A DNA stretch of 64,000 nt from a virus. Position 1 is the first letter of the stretch. Every line of letters begins with the position of its first letter. Positions 29,095 to 38,648 of the stretch are shown piece by piece. The notes below the pieces were generated by a model. That model saw nothing but the letters and a program-made list of their open reading frames with translations. It was not told the DNA's origin and did no database searches. The stretch covers positions 25,999 to 89,998 of the IMG/VR virus record IMGVR_UViG_3300019762_000006. One strand, written 5' to 3'. A program made the position numbers and the translations under genes.

Positions 29095-29418
29095 TTATTC
29101 TGCTTCAGGCTCAACATACTCATTAGTAGGTTGTTCAGTAGGTTCTTCTATAACCTCTGGCTCAAGTGATTTAATTGGTCCAGTAGGTGCTGTTTCTCTA
29201 GGCTGTTTCAAGATAACTTGAGTTGCTCCAGATTCGTCTGTATCGCCTAATGTAATGTTAGTAAACTCTGGGAATTGTGGGAACTTACCTTCTAATAAAG
29301 GATTAAGTGCTCGTTTAATTGCTGCAGAAGATTCTGGATCTGATAATGCTTCAGCAATAAGTGTGTTTAATTCAGTTTTGTTAAGACTCAGTGAGATTTG
29401 TTGTTTTGTAATTTCCAT
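29095..29418 (-). CDS. hypothetical protein
   Basis: ORF with RBS before MEITK; acidic tail. Confidence 0.55.
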   Translation of the reverse strand: MEITKQQISLSLNKTELNTLIAEALSDPESSAAIKRALNPLLEGKFPQFPEFTNITLGDTDESGATQVILKQPRETAPTGPIKSLEPEVIEEPTEQPTNEYVEPEAE

Positions 29419-29440
29419 TTGTTGGGCTTTCCTTATGTAT

Positions 29441-29650
29441 TTAATTTGATTGATCATTTGAGATCACCATAGATTTGTCTAGTTCAATAAGTGCTTTTCT
29501 AAGTTCAACTGACATAGAGTCAATAAGCTTAGAACAATCTCTAATAACTTTACTAGAGTCCTTGCTAGTACATACTAAATGTGCTGCAATTGCCCCAAGA
29601 GTTCCTTCAAGAACTTCCTGGTACTTTGTTAGAACTTCTGGTTGTGTCAT
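29441..29650 (-). CDS. hypothetical protein
   Basis: 69 aa, coupled to upstream gene. Confidence 0.5.
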   Translation of the reverse strand: MTQPEVLTKYQEVLEGTLGAIAAHLVCTSKDSSKVIRDCSKLIDSMSVELRKALIELDKSMVISNDQSN

Positions 29651-29967
29651 TGACTGTCCTTATTAGATGATAGCTCTCTGCCATTCACTTGTCCTTCTGA
29701 ATCAAAGGACTCAATAATACAAGCATTTGGTACAGTAGTTAAAGCTTCTGCAATAGCATAAGTTCCGTCTGAATTACGTTGTTGAGTTGTTACTTGAACA
29801 ACCACAGAAGTTCCTGCTTGCATAGCTTTGGTAGACTTCATCCATCCCTCGGCTTCAGAAGAAGCTTTAGAGATGAGCTTGAAAGTGTCCCCATTACCCC
29901 AGAAAATAATGTCTTTGATGATCTTGCTTGCACCATTAGAACAAGTGTTGTGTAAAAACTTCCCCAT
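29647..29967 (-). CDS. conserved phage hypothetical protein
   Basis: KASSEAEGWMKSTKAM...VVVQVTTQQRN segment. Confidence 0.6.
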   Translation of the reverse strand: MGKFLHNTCSNGASKIIKDIIFWGNGDTFKLISKASSEAEGWMKSTKAMQAGTSVVVQVTTQQRNSDGTYAIAEALTTVPNACIIESFDSEGQVNGRELSSNKDSQ

Positions 29968-30728
29968 TAGAACACGTCTTCATCAATTGTTTTCTTAGCT
30001 ACTGCGTCCTGAGTAGTTGGTACTTGACCCGCTCCCTTGATAAGTTGTAACTCTTGAATACAAATCTTGTTGTTTTTGTTCTTGTATTCAATACCGGCAT
30101 TTGCTTTAGCTGCTGTAATAGCCGCTTCGATTGCAACTGGTTCAGTCTTACCTGCATCTACTTCTGCCTGAGATAACTTAGCTTTAGTAAATAATGCTGA
30201 CATATTAAGTTCTTGGTTTCTCCAAGCTTTCTTACCATCTGCATCAAGTGTAACTAAGTAAGACGAAATACCAGTAAATTCTTTACCAATAAGTGTTTGC
30301 CATCTTTCTACATTCTTAGTACCTGCTTTAGCAAAAGTTACAGTACCAGCTGTGATACCTGCCCCAAATTGAGATGCGTCTAAGCCACAAATTTTCCATA
30401 AATTGTTAATTTGACCAATAACTCTTAAGTTGTCGTATTCTGCATTCTCATCATCTAAGTGTACTTTAACACCGTTTACTGAGTATTCTCCAGCTTTAAC
30501 GATTCCGTCTTTGTCTTTACCAACTTTTTGCTTTAAGAATCCAGTCCAGTCGATTGTTTTGCCTTCTGCGTCTTCACATTTAAGGTAGAATCTTTGGTTA
30601 TCTATTTCGTATGCATCTACGATTGTTAATAAATGTGCTCCATCTAAATTGATTTTAGTACCAGTTTTTCCTAGTTTTTCTTTGTCTTTCTCCGACATAT
30701 TATTAATTGCATTCATAATAATTGACAT
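29967..30728 (-). CDS. putative single-stranded DNA-binding protein
   Basis: 253 aa with acidic-aromatic tail DEDVF; downstream of primase and AAA genes as in N4-like phages. Confidence 0.6.
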   Translation of the reverse strand: MSIIMNAINNMSEKDKEKLGKTGTKINLDGAHLLTIVDAYEIDNQRFYLKCEDAEGKTIDWTGFLKQKVGKDKDGIVKAGEYSVNGVKVHLDDENAEYDNLRVIGQINNLWKICGLDASQFGAGITAGTVTFAKAGTKNVERWQTLIGKEFTGISSYLVTLDADGKKAWRNQELNMSALFTKAKLSQAEVDAGKTEPVAIEAAITAAKANAGIEYKNKNNKICIQELQLIKGAGQVPTTQDAVAKKTIDEDVF

Positions 30729-30810
30729 ATTATATTTCCTTTATAAAAATTAAAATTGTTCCAGCTAAATGCTGCACTAAGTACGTAAAATTGCAGTTTA
30801 AGACAGGCTG

Positions 30811-31032
30811 TCAAATTGCTCTAAGAGCTCCAATAATTGCTTCTATTTGTCCTTCAGTACAAGACCTAAGTAAATGTTTAAGTCGTTTGCCGTTAGAGTC
30901 TAGTGATTCAGATATATCAATATCTGTAGCATCCTCTACAAGTTCTTCAAATTGCTTACGAGTTAGATTAAGCACATAACCCGGCTTTGGAGATAATTCA
31001 GTCATCAGTTCACGGATTTGTTTGTTATTCAT
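30811..31032 (-). CDS. hypothetical protein
   Basis: 73-aa ORF with RBS. Confidence 0.5.
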   Translation of the reverse strand: MNNKQIRELMTELSPKPGYVLNLTRKQFEELVEDATDIDISESLDSNGKRLKHLLRSCTEGQIEAIIGALRAI

Positions 31033-31234
31033 TATTGTTTTCCTTCCTATTTTCTAAAGTTGCCTGTATTCTATCTATTAAATTACTGTCTAACACCTTT
31101 TCAGGCCTACAAATAGGCTTTATTGAAGATAAACTCATTAGATAATCTTTATAGTGAGTAGCGTATTTAGTTAACTGTTTATTATGTGCATTAACTAAAT
31201 AAATAATGTGTTCTGCTATTGCTGAATCTGTCAT
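31025..31234 (-). CDS. hypothetical protein
   Basis: 69-aa ORF. Confidence 0.45.
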   Translation of the reverse strand: MTDSAIAEHIIYLVNAHNKQLTKYATHYKDYLMSLSSIKPICRPEKVLDSNLIDRIQATLENRKENNNE

Positions 31235-31235
31235 G

Positions 31236-31778
31236 TTAAACCTTTAATTTATCAAAAATAGTGTAGATAAAGTCTTCGTGTTCTTTATGTAAGTTTATCT
31301 TAGCTTTATTTGCTTCATAGTACTTTTCTGCAGTATCTCCAAATTTGTAACCCATAGCAGTCCAGTCAACTAGCATATGAACTAAATAACGTTCAACTAA
31401 TCCTGGTTTTGTATTAATATCCTCTGATGGTAAGTTGTTAATAAACTCACAATGATGTTCATTGTTTGTATAATGATGTTCCCAGGCCTTTTTGAAGTTT
31501 GAGTTGTCTTCATTACTTGGTATATGTAGTGGAAAAAATTTATCACGGTATTGTGTAAACTCCTCAGCACTAAATTTGCTAACATCGTGATAACAAATTT
31601 CTTGACGTAGTTTGTGCCACGTACAGTCGTCACCAACCCAAGGCATTCCATCACAAGCTTCAGATAGTTCCTGAAAAGCTTTTCTAATATTGTTGAAATG
31701 CTCTTCAAGATAATCTAAATATGCTCTAGTTCTGTCAATGTATTCTTGACCTACCATATGTTTCTGCTCAATAAACAT
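31236..31778 (-). CDS. HD-superfamily (DUF5662-like) protein
   Basis: H...HDVSKFS.EEF, AWEHH...N.HH, MLVDW.AM. Confidence 0.75.
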   Translation of the reverse strand: MFIEQKHMVGQEYIDRTRAYLDYLEEHFNNIRKAFQELSEACDGMPWVGDDCTWHKLRQEICYHDVSKFSAEEFTQYRDKFFPLHIPSNEDNSNFKKAWEHHYTNNEHHCEFINNLPSEDINTKPGLVERYLVHMLVDWTAMGYKFGDTAEKYYEANKAKINLHKEHEDFIYTIFDKLKV

Positions 31779-31883
31779 ATTACCAACCTTTCAATAACAA
31801 ACAATTATCTGCTGTTATAGCAACTTCTTTATGTTCGTAAAGTACTTTATATATAAACATAATAAATTCCTTTTAAGTTAAAA

Positions 31884-31904
31884 TTAATGTTAATGTGTTA
31901 TAAT
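31884..31904 (+). promoter_or_regulatory. extended -10 promoter (TGTTATAAT) of RHH-endonuclease cassette 2
   Basis: TGnTATAAT 30 nt upstream of ATG 31935. Confidence 0.7.
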
Positions 31905-31934
31905 TAGTGTAATAAAATACACAAAGGATAACAC

Positions 31935-32114
31935 ATGATAAAAAAGCAAAAACCTATTAGAGTTCATGCAACAATGGATCCAAAATTGATCCAGCAGATG
32001 AAAGATTACTTACAACAAGTAAATGATGACAAAACTTTAAAGTACGTTAGTCAATCTGAGTTTATTAGTGAAGCAGTTAACCAATTACTTAATATGGAAT
32101 TAAACAATGAGTAA
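31935..32114 (+). CDS. ribbon-helix-helix protein, 59 aa (absent from ORF track), paralogue of 16070..16249
   Basis: MIKKQKPIRVHATMDPKLIQQMKDYLQQVNDDKTLKYVSQSEFISEAVNQLL; AAAGGA RBS. Confidence 0.8.
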   Translation: MIKKQKPIRVHATMDPKLIQQMKDYLQQVNDDKTLKYVSQSEFISEAVNQLLNMELNNE

Positions 32115-32988
32115 AAAACTTACTACGGAGGAATTCATACAACAATCACAAAAAATTCATGTGTACAAATACACTTATTCTAATACTGTATATACAGGTG
32201 CTGCTAATAAAGTCATCATTACATGTCCTAAGCATGGCGACTTTGAGCAGACTCCTCATAATCATAAACAAGGTAAAGGTTGTAGAGCTTGTGCTAATGA
32301 GTCCCTTGCCGAAGATAGAAAAGACTCAATAGATAAAGTAATTCAAAACTTCAAGGCTGTGCATGGTGATTCGTATAAGTACAATAAAATCCAGTACAAA
32401 AATGCCCAGACTAACGTTACAATTACATGTCCTGTGCATGGAGATTTCGAACAAGCTCCTACAAGCCATTTAGCAGGAAGAGGATGCCCTGAATGTGGTA
32501 CTGAAAGGATGAAATCAACACAAGAAGAAGTCTTATTAAAATTTAAATATGCTCACAGAGACAGGTATAAATATGATAAAGTGATTTATAACAATATGAA
32601 TACTAATGTAAGCATAATCTGTCCAGAACATGGCGAATTTACACAAAATCCTGACATTCATATGAGAGGTCATGGATGTCCAAGCTGTTCTAAATCAGGA
32701 TTTGACAAAAAGAAACCTGCAATACTATACTATCTAAAAGTAACAACAGATGATAATCAAGAGTTATACAAAATTGGAATAACAAATAAATCTGTGAATG
32801 AACGGTTTAGCTTAACAGACCTAAAGAAAATTGAAATAATTAAACAAGAAGAATTCAAATCAGGTCAAGATGCTTTAGATAAAGAAACTGAGATTAAACG
32901 AAGGTTTAAAGAATTTCAGTATAAAGGGCCTAACATACTCCAAAATGGAAATACTGAATTATTTACAGTAGACCTATTTAATTTATAA
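32107..32988 (+). CDS. putative homing endonuclease (3 zinc-binding repeats and GIY-YIG-like domain), antisense to surrounding operon
   Basis: Clear paralogue of 16242..17126 (GFDK.KP..LYYLKVT...ELYKIGITN.SVN.RF...GNTELFT). Confidence 0.8.
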   Translation: MSKKLTTEEFIQQSQKIHVYKYTYSNTVYTGAANKVIITCPKHGDFEQTPHNHKQGKGCRACANESLAEDRKDSIDKVIQNFKAVHGDSYKYNKIQYKNAQTNVTITCPVHGDFEQAPTSHLAGRGCPECGTERMKSTQEEVLLKFKYAHRDRYKYDKVIYNNMNTNVSIICPEHGEFTQNPDIHMRGHGCPSCSKSGFDKKKPAILYYLKVTTDDNQELYKIGITNKSVNERFSLTDLKKIEIIKQEEFKSGQDALDKETEIKRRFKEFQYKGPNILQNGNTELFTVDLFNL

Positions 32989-33720
32989 GTCTACTACTTT
33001 TTCATCTTCAATTTTTGCCTTCCTTGTAAGAATTCTTTCTAAGTCTCCAACGGACTCTCTTACAAATTTGAATCCGCCTTCAACTAGTTTAGTTTTAGTT
33101 GTATTTGATTCGTCAAATACATCTGCTGTGTATTTGAATGCTCTATCTTCCATAACTGTTTCAACAACTGTGCTGAACGACTCCTCAATAATGTTAGTAT
33201 GCTCTTTACCTTTGGTAGTAACATATCTCTTAGAGTTTGGTGCCATACCAACTCTAGGAGGGTAGTGTGCAGTAACATATGTAAACTTTCCATATGTAAG
33301 AGTTGCAGACTTAATACACTCAAGAATCTGTGTGATTGCATTGTTATATGCGTTCCAAACATCGTATCCAGAGAAGTGTTTAGCTGCCCATCTATTGAAT
33401 AGTTTAGTCATAAGTGTAAATGTATCAACTAACAGTCTATCTACTCTGTCGTCAGATAGCACTGTAATGATACGTTGTTCAATCTTGTCAACCATTTCGA
33501 TATCTTCAATATCAAATTCGTGCCATACTTTGAGGAACTCTGAATCATCTTCTGAGATTGATTTGCCGTCAAAATTGAATATATAAGTTCGCTTCTTATC
33601 TGCTAAGCTAAGTTGCCCGAATGCAAAAGTTTTACCAGAACCTGTCTCAGATGCTAGTAACACTGGGTAGTGACTAGTTAATTTCTTACGTTCAACTAGT
33701 GCTATGTTTTCTAAAGTCAT
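32983..33720 (-). CDS. AAA_24/Sak4-like P-loop ATPase
   Basis: ETGSGKT Walker A, LLVDTFT Walker B, GYDVW, IEE.FS.V. Confidence 0.75.
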   Translation of the reverse strand: MTLENIALVERKKLTSHYPVLLASETGSGKTFAFGQLSLADKKRTYIFNFDGKSISEDDSEFLKVWHEFDIEDIEMVDKIEQRIITVLSDDRVDRLLVDTFTLMTKLFNRWAAKHFSGYDVWNAYNNAITQILECIKSATLTYGKFTYVTAHYPPRVGMAPNSKRYVTTKGKEHTNIIEESFSTVVETVMEDRAFKYTADVFDESNTTKTKLVEGGFKFVRESVGDLERILTRKAKIEDEKVVDL

Positions 33721-34502
33721 AAATACTTCCTTCGTGATTTAATAAAATTTATAACCCTTCGGTATACTGAATCAGTATCCTTGGGCACCAAAAATGAACG
33801 GTTAAGATGTAAAATAACCTGTTCAATTAGCTTGTCGTCTGCCCCACGTTCAACTAAGTTGAATGCTGCGGACAATAAGTAACGGGTACGGTTGCCACTA
33901 ATTGCGGTTGAGTACGACTGAAATTCGGTTAGAATCTCTGTAAGATCCAATGAAGAATCTAGTTGACGTACTTCTTTCTCTTCCTCTGGTAACAAATAAT
34001 CGTCAACGACTAATGGCTGTCCATGGGAAGATACCACAATAGAGTTTGCGTAACTATAAAACTTCTGTGAAGGACGTTCTGATGCGTTATCCAGATCAGT
34101 TATAAGTCCAAGTGTCCGAATTCCTATAACTAGTCTGCGATACTCCTTAGAGTTCACCTCCCGATCCAAAGGTAATAGCACACGATACTTAAATAGATTC
34201 TGGGTGTCACTTGTTGTCCCTAAAATACACTCCAAGTCCTCCAATTGCAACTCTGCTAAGCGTGAATGAATGTCTGTAGATGTATAATCTATGTCAATTA
34301 CTACAAACTTAGCGGGTCCGCAAATGTTGTAAAGTCCCTGCTCGTGTCCCAAGAACTTAAATGGGTTGTACATATAGTCCTTCGATAATAAATAGACTAA
34401 ACTTCTAAAAGTACATCGCATATGCTTAGTAAAAAACTTAATGTCCTCTCGTTCGTCCTTTGTGAAGTCGGGCAATGGTCTAATTGATAAGGTTACTTGC
34501 AT
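33717..34502 (-). CDS. primase-like protein (AEP fold with PriCT-like C-terminus)
   Basis: VVIDID, KYRVLLPL, D..S.RPSQ.FY, GNR...L. Confidence 0.6.
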   Translation of the reverse strand: MQVTLSIRPLPDFTKDEREDIKFFTKHMRCTFRSLVYLLSKDYMYNPFKFLGHEQGLYNICGPAKFVVIDIDYTSTDIHSRLAELQLEDLECILGTTSDTQNLFKYRVLLPLDREVNSKEYRRLVIGIRTLGLITDLDNASERPSQKFYSYANSIVVSSHGQPLVVDDYLLPEEEKEVRQLDSSLDLTEILTEFQSYSTAISGNRTRYLLSAAFNLVERGADDKLIEQVILHLNRSFLVPKDTDSVYRRVINFIKSRRKYL

Positions 34503-34723
34503 GGTTCAAAAGAATTACATCCAAAAGTTGTAAAGTTAGCTTTTGGGTCAATCTGAAGTATGCTGTCTTGTACAGAGCATCCACAATAATCATGTCTACA
34601 GTTATCACAGATTTGGTGTTTCTTCAATAATTCAAAAGTATCAACTGCAATAACTTGTTCGCGATAAGTTGCTGGTTCTAGTCCCAAATTCTTTAAATGT
34701 TTAAAAATCTCTTGTCTATCCAT
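34493..34723 (-). CDS. small Cys-rich protein
   Basis: CDNC...C.C...C. Confidence 0.5.
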   Translation of the reverse strand: MDRQEIFKHLKNLGLEPATYREQVIAVDTFELLKKHQICDNCRHDYCGCSVQDSILQIDPKANFTTFGCNSFEPCK

Positions 34724-34733
34724 AACTGTTTCC

Positions 34734-37013
34734 TTATAAGTTTGCGAATGGTTCAATAAGATATGTATGCTTAGTCTGCTCATCAATAGATTTGATAAGA
34801 GACGAGTTTACATTATCAACAAAGTTTAACAGCCTATCGTCTGGTACATAGTGAACTCGCATATCGTAAACAATAGTTGCGAATAGCAGAAGTGGATTAG
34901 ATGACGCATCTAATGCATCAATCAGTAATTGCTTGTTCTCTAATATGTCGTCGTTCAAGTACTTGTTAATAGCTGCTGTAGTAGGTTTAGAATCTGCTTT
35001 GATAGATAGTAAGGGAACATCACCGCCTGAAGCCAGATTTGCCAATACTCCACTAATGTCAAATAACTTAGCAGGTTCAGTTGCTTGTAAAACAGTTGCA
35101 TCCTTGTAACCGTAATAAAGCATGTCAAATTCGCAATGTTCAGGCAATACACGAAGCATAAGTTGATTAGCAATAGACAATGCTATAAACTTATATTCAG
35201 ATTGCTTAACAATTGAATTAACAGGAAGAATCAAAGTAAAAGCGTGTTTGTTACTTGGGTCCTCACTAGTTGCTATAAAATGGTGTGTTGCAGATAAATA
35301 CTTGTTAATCATGTCCATAGACAGGAATGAGTGTTCAACACGTAAGGCAATGAACTTACTAGTATCCTCTACAAATGGGTTAAATGTTGCGTTCAGGCTT
35401 AACATCTTCCCAAGTGCACTAATAGGCTTGTTAGAAGATATGTTGTGAATTGGGGACTCAGTGATATGGCCAGGAATTGCCTTATATGAGTACTCCCCAT
35501 CCAGATTCTTTACAACGGGCACAAATACAAAGGCATTTGATTTCTCGTTATAAGATACAGTTGCTATTCCCTCAAGTTTACTGTTAACAGGTTTTAAAAA
35601 GTTCTCTAAAGATGCTTTGTTTAGCTGTTTAACATTTATGTATCCTCTAGTAATTGCTTTATCGATTGGTAAAGTATTATCAAAAAATCCTTGTTGCCAA
35701 TCGTTAATAAATAACTCATAGTCCTTCAGTTCTAATGTTTTAGCAAATCTGGTAAGGTGTTGTGCCGTATAATCACAAAAGTAAATTGCTGCTTTAAGAG
35801 TATCTGCATCAATAACTCGTTTGTTCTGTGCTAATGCCCAAACAGCTGCAATACGTCCCATTTTAAATGCTCTACCAGACATTTCAATGCCTTCTACAGA
35901 ATCCCCATCCTTGAGCAATAAATACTTAGATAAATCCTGTGTGTAAGACTTGTAGTCATCGTACACTACAGAGGCTTCCTCGTCGAACATAACTACAGGA
36001 TCTGCAATAGTTGACTTAACACATTTAACAAAATGTGTATTCAGTCGTTCAGTGTACTCTTTAAGAATCACTCTAGAATTTGCTTGAATTTCCCTACGTT
36101 CTGCTGGAGATTTGGGAATATACTCGTTCTCAAATTCCTCTGCTGCGTTACTAAATACAATCGATACTCTACGAGCGAGTGAAGTAGTGAGCATAGGAAT
36201 TAGTAATTTCTGCACATTCCCTTCAGTATAGAATGGGGCTGGACTAGAAATTCCTAATAGATTTGGGAACATATCGTCAACCGATTCCTCTTTAGAGTCC
36301 TCAGTCTTGAATTCAGGTGCTACAGATTTACCCATATCGTATAGAGTAGAAAATAGTTCCAATACATCTACGATCTTAGAGTTAGACTGTACAGCTAAGC
36401 CAAGTTCAGATGCAAAAAGAGACTTGACACCAAATGAAGTCTTTGCCATACGGTTAAGTGATGTTGTAAGACCTCCTCTAGTAGATGCTAAAGAAGTAAT
36501 AGCTATCTCAGGCTTATCTATAAGATGTTGGTAATCTGTATATACCACCGAATTCTCGTCCAAATCTGGTGTAGTCTTCTTAGCATCCCTAATATATCTA
36601 CTTCTAGCTTTGTCTTCCAGTTCAATACTATGTTGCTTCTCAATAAAGTCTATAGCTGATGCTGCTGCTTTACTAAGAGCTTGGTAAGTACTATCTTTAC
36701 CTGATCCAGAACGACTAATAATCATAGAGTATGTGTTAATACCTATATAATCGTCTGAGTAAATTGGGTCGTTAATGTGTGGTCTAAGTTGACCAAACAT
36801 GTGAGACAATACAAAATTGGATACTGCTACAGCAGAAATATTGCTAAATGCTGGCGTTTTAGCAGTTGCTAATTTCAACATATCCTGCATAACTTGGGGT
36901 AATACTGTAGTGTCAAATTGGTTCATGTTACGATTCTGTAAAAACTCTAAGTCCTCCTCATACTGTGCTATGAGTGACTTGAGTTTAGATAGAATCTGTT
37001 CTTCAGTTGTCAT
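34734..37013 (-). CDS. primase-associated helicase-like P-loop protein (DUF3987-like)
   Basis: SRSGSGKD Walker A, SELG, LYD.G, LARR; C-terminal degenerate primase-like region. Confidence 0.7.
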   Translation of the reverse strand: MTTEEQILSKLKSLIAQYEEDLEFLQNRNMNQFDTTVLPQVMQDMLKLATAKTPAFSNISAVAVSNFVLSHMFGQLRPHINDPIYSDDYIGINTYSMIISRSGSGKDSTYQALSKAAASAIDFIEKQHSIELEDKARSRYIRDAKKTTPDLDENSVVYTDYQHLIDKPEIAITSLASTRGGLTTSLNRMAKTSFGVKSLFASELGLAVQSNSKIVDVLELFSTLYDMGKSVAPEFKTEDSKEESVDDMFPNLLGISSPAPFYTEGNVQKLLIPMLTTSLARRVSIVFSNAAEEFENEYIPKSPAERREIQANSRVILKEYTERLNTHFVKCVKSTIADPVVMFDEEASVVYDDYKSYTQDLSKYLLLKDGDSVEGIEMSGRAFKMGRIAAVWALAQNKRVIDADTLKAAIYFCDYTAQHLTRFAKTLELKDYELFINDWQQGFFDNTLPIDKAITRGYINVKQLNKASLENFLKPVNSKLEGIATVSYNEKSNAFVFVPVVKNLDGEYSYKAIPGHITESPIHNISSNKPISALGKMLSLNATFNPFVEDTSKFIALRVEHSFLSMDMINKYLSATHHFIATSEDPSNKHAFTLILPVNSIVKQSEYKFIALSIANQLMLRVLPEHCEFDMLYYGYKDATVLQATEPAKLFDISGVLANLASGGDVPLLSIKADSKPTTAAINKYLNDDILENKQLLIDALDASSNPLLLFATIVYDMRVHYVPDDRLLNFVDNVNSSLIKSIDEQTKHTYLIEPFANL

Positions 37014-37204
37014 TTACTATCCTTTGTAATTATCTGTGAGAAAATATGAGCATATCTTAAATATTCTGAAGGTGAATTAAATACATGCCAAGTTGCTTTA
37101 ACAGCAAATGTGTTAGCTATTGCACTTGCTTTGTCTTCGCCTAAATGTAACTTAGAATCTTTAATTACAATGTATATAATTTTGTACACATGTTCAGTTG
37201 TCAT
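37010..37204 (-). CDS. hypothetical protein
   Basis: 64 aa, coupled to neighbours. Confidence 0.5.
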   Translation of the reverse strand: MTTEHVYKIIYIVIKDSKLHLGEDKASAIANTFAVKATWHVFNSPSEYLRYAHIFSQIITKDSK

Positions 37205-37652
37205 TAACTGCCTTTAAAATTGAATCTAGTTGTATCTCTAAGTAGCAAATACCATCACGCATAACTTTGTTGTACAATTGCTTCTTGTTTAAAGACACTC
37301 TATACGCTTTAAGATCACGTTGTGTTGCAAATTGAGGTTCGTAGTTCAGCATAGTTGCTAATTTAGTAATGTAGTTAAACATAGCTTCATCAGAACCATT
37401 CAGTGTAGGCTGTGCTAAGCTATTGTAAAGTACTACAAAGTCAGTTGGTGAACGCATACAGAGGTGTTCGTTAGTTACTATGAAGGGAGATTCAATAGTA
37501 CATTTATCAAATGAGCCCTGTTCAAGTTTAGCTTGACACTCGTCTAGTTTCTGTTTAAGGTTTTTATTTGTCTCTGCTAAAATTTCATCTGGGTATGTTG
37601 GTTTGCTTGAAATAAGTTCGTCGTATTCTTCTTGGGTTAATATGTATTGCAT
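37194..37652 (-). CDS. hypothetical protein
   Basis: 152 aa, MQYILTQEEYDEL N-terminus, AGGAG RBS. Confidence 0.6.
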   Translation of the reverse strand: MQYILTQEEYDELISSKPTYPDEILAETNKNLKQKLDECQAKLEQGSFDKCTIESPFIVTNEHLCMRSPTDFVVLYNSLAQPTLNGSDEAMFNYITKLATMLNYEPQFATQRDLKAYRVSLNKKQLYNKVMRDGICYLEIQLDSILKAVNDN

Positions 37653-37653
37653 G

Positions 37654-38211
37654 TTAATCTCCTAATTTGTGATAAATTGTTTCTCCGTTAGAGAAATGTC
37701 CAGTCACTCCATATGGAGTTGACACTTGTGTGAGTAAAGACTCAATGTGTTGTATTGCTTCCGACTCAATTGATTCCAATTTGGTTTGTAATCTAGAGCC
37801 ATGCAAAGCCCAAATTCCTGGTTTGATATCGTAATACTCTAGGTCCTCTTCAAGTTTTGATATAACATCAGTTGTATTCTCGTAATAATCACACCCATCT
37901 ATTAACCATTCAAACTCGTAATCCAAATTTGCTGCTTCGTAATATCCAGATCTAATAAATATATTGATGCAGTACGTAAAATTAAGGTTAAGGTAGTTTA
38001 GTTCCCAGTCTATTGATCCAATAGAACTAGAGGGAAAACTTCTAAGTTCCTCATTTGAATTAAGTGAATCGTCTGGTTCAAAGTTTGAGTCCACCTCCTG
38101 TAACCAATTGCCGATATATTCCTGGCATTCGTCCCATAAATCTTGATCTTCTCCGTAATCAATTACATAAGTTGCTTGTGCATTCGCCGTATGAAAATTA
38201 GATGTTCCCAT
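37654..38211 (-). CDS. acidic hypothetical protein
   Basis: 185 aa, IRSGYYEAANLD and FSNGETIY segments. Confidence 0.6.
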   Translation of the reverse strand: MGTSNFHTANAQATYVIDYGEDQDLWDECQEYIGNWLQEVDSNFEPDDSLNSNEELRSFPSSSIGSIDWELNYLNLNFTYCINIFIRSGYYEAANLDYEFEWLIDGCDYYENTTDVISKLEEDLEYYDIKPGIWALHGSRLQTKLESIESEAIQHIESLLTQVSTPYGVTGHFSNGETIYHKLGD

Positions 38212-38383
38212 TGTAAATCCTTTAAAGTTGAGTTAAGTTCTGTACTAATTAAATAAGAGATAAAATCTACTATTTAATAAGTACACTAAGTAAAAATAGT
38301 CTGCCATGTTAGCCTTGCACTAACTACGTTCTCAACGCTATACAGTTAAGCATAGACTTATACGCTATTCAGGCCACATAAAA

Positions 38384-38461
38384 TGGTACCCATACACTGG
38401 TTGTGCTCAACACCACTTGCTAGTCCAGGAAAGCTAAATTAGCTTACTGCAGTATGAGGTA
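38384..38461 (-). ncRNA. CCA-terminated small structured RNA candidate
   Basis: TACC-T-CATAC...GTATG-GGTA-CCA terminal stem with two internal hairpins. Confidence 0.4.
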
Positions 38462-38472
38462 AAATTAATTGT

Positions 38473-38597
38473 TGTACATTAGTAGGATTTGCACCTACGT
38501 TTCCTCGGTTACACTGCCCTAACCGCTAGACGATAAATTGGGACTTGAACCCAAGTTTGTGAGTTGAGGTGACCTAACTACTAGTCGATAATGTACA
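38473..38597 (-). ncRNA. tRNA-Glu-derived double D-arm/T-arm RNA with no anticodon loop
   Basis: One acceptor stem TGTACATTA/TAATGTACA enclosing two D arms and two T arms. Confidence 0.7.
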
Positions 38598-38648
38598 TAA
38601 ATTAGGCGAGACTCCTAAGAATCAGCCTAAGTTTTGAGGTCCTTTAAA

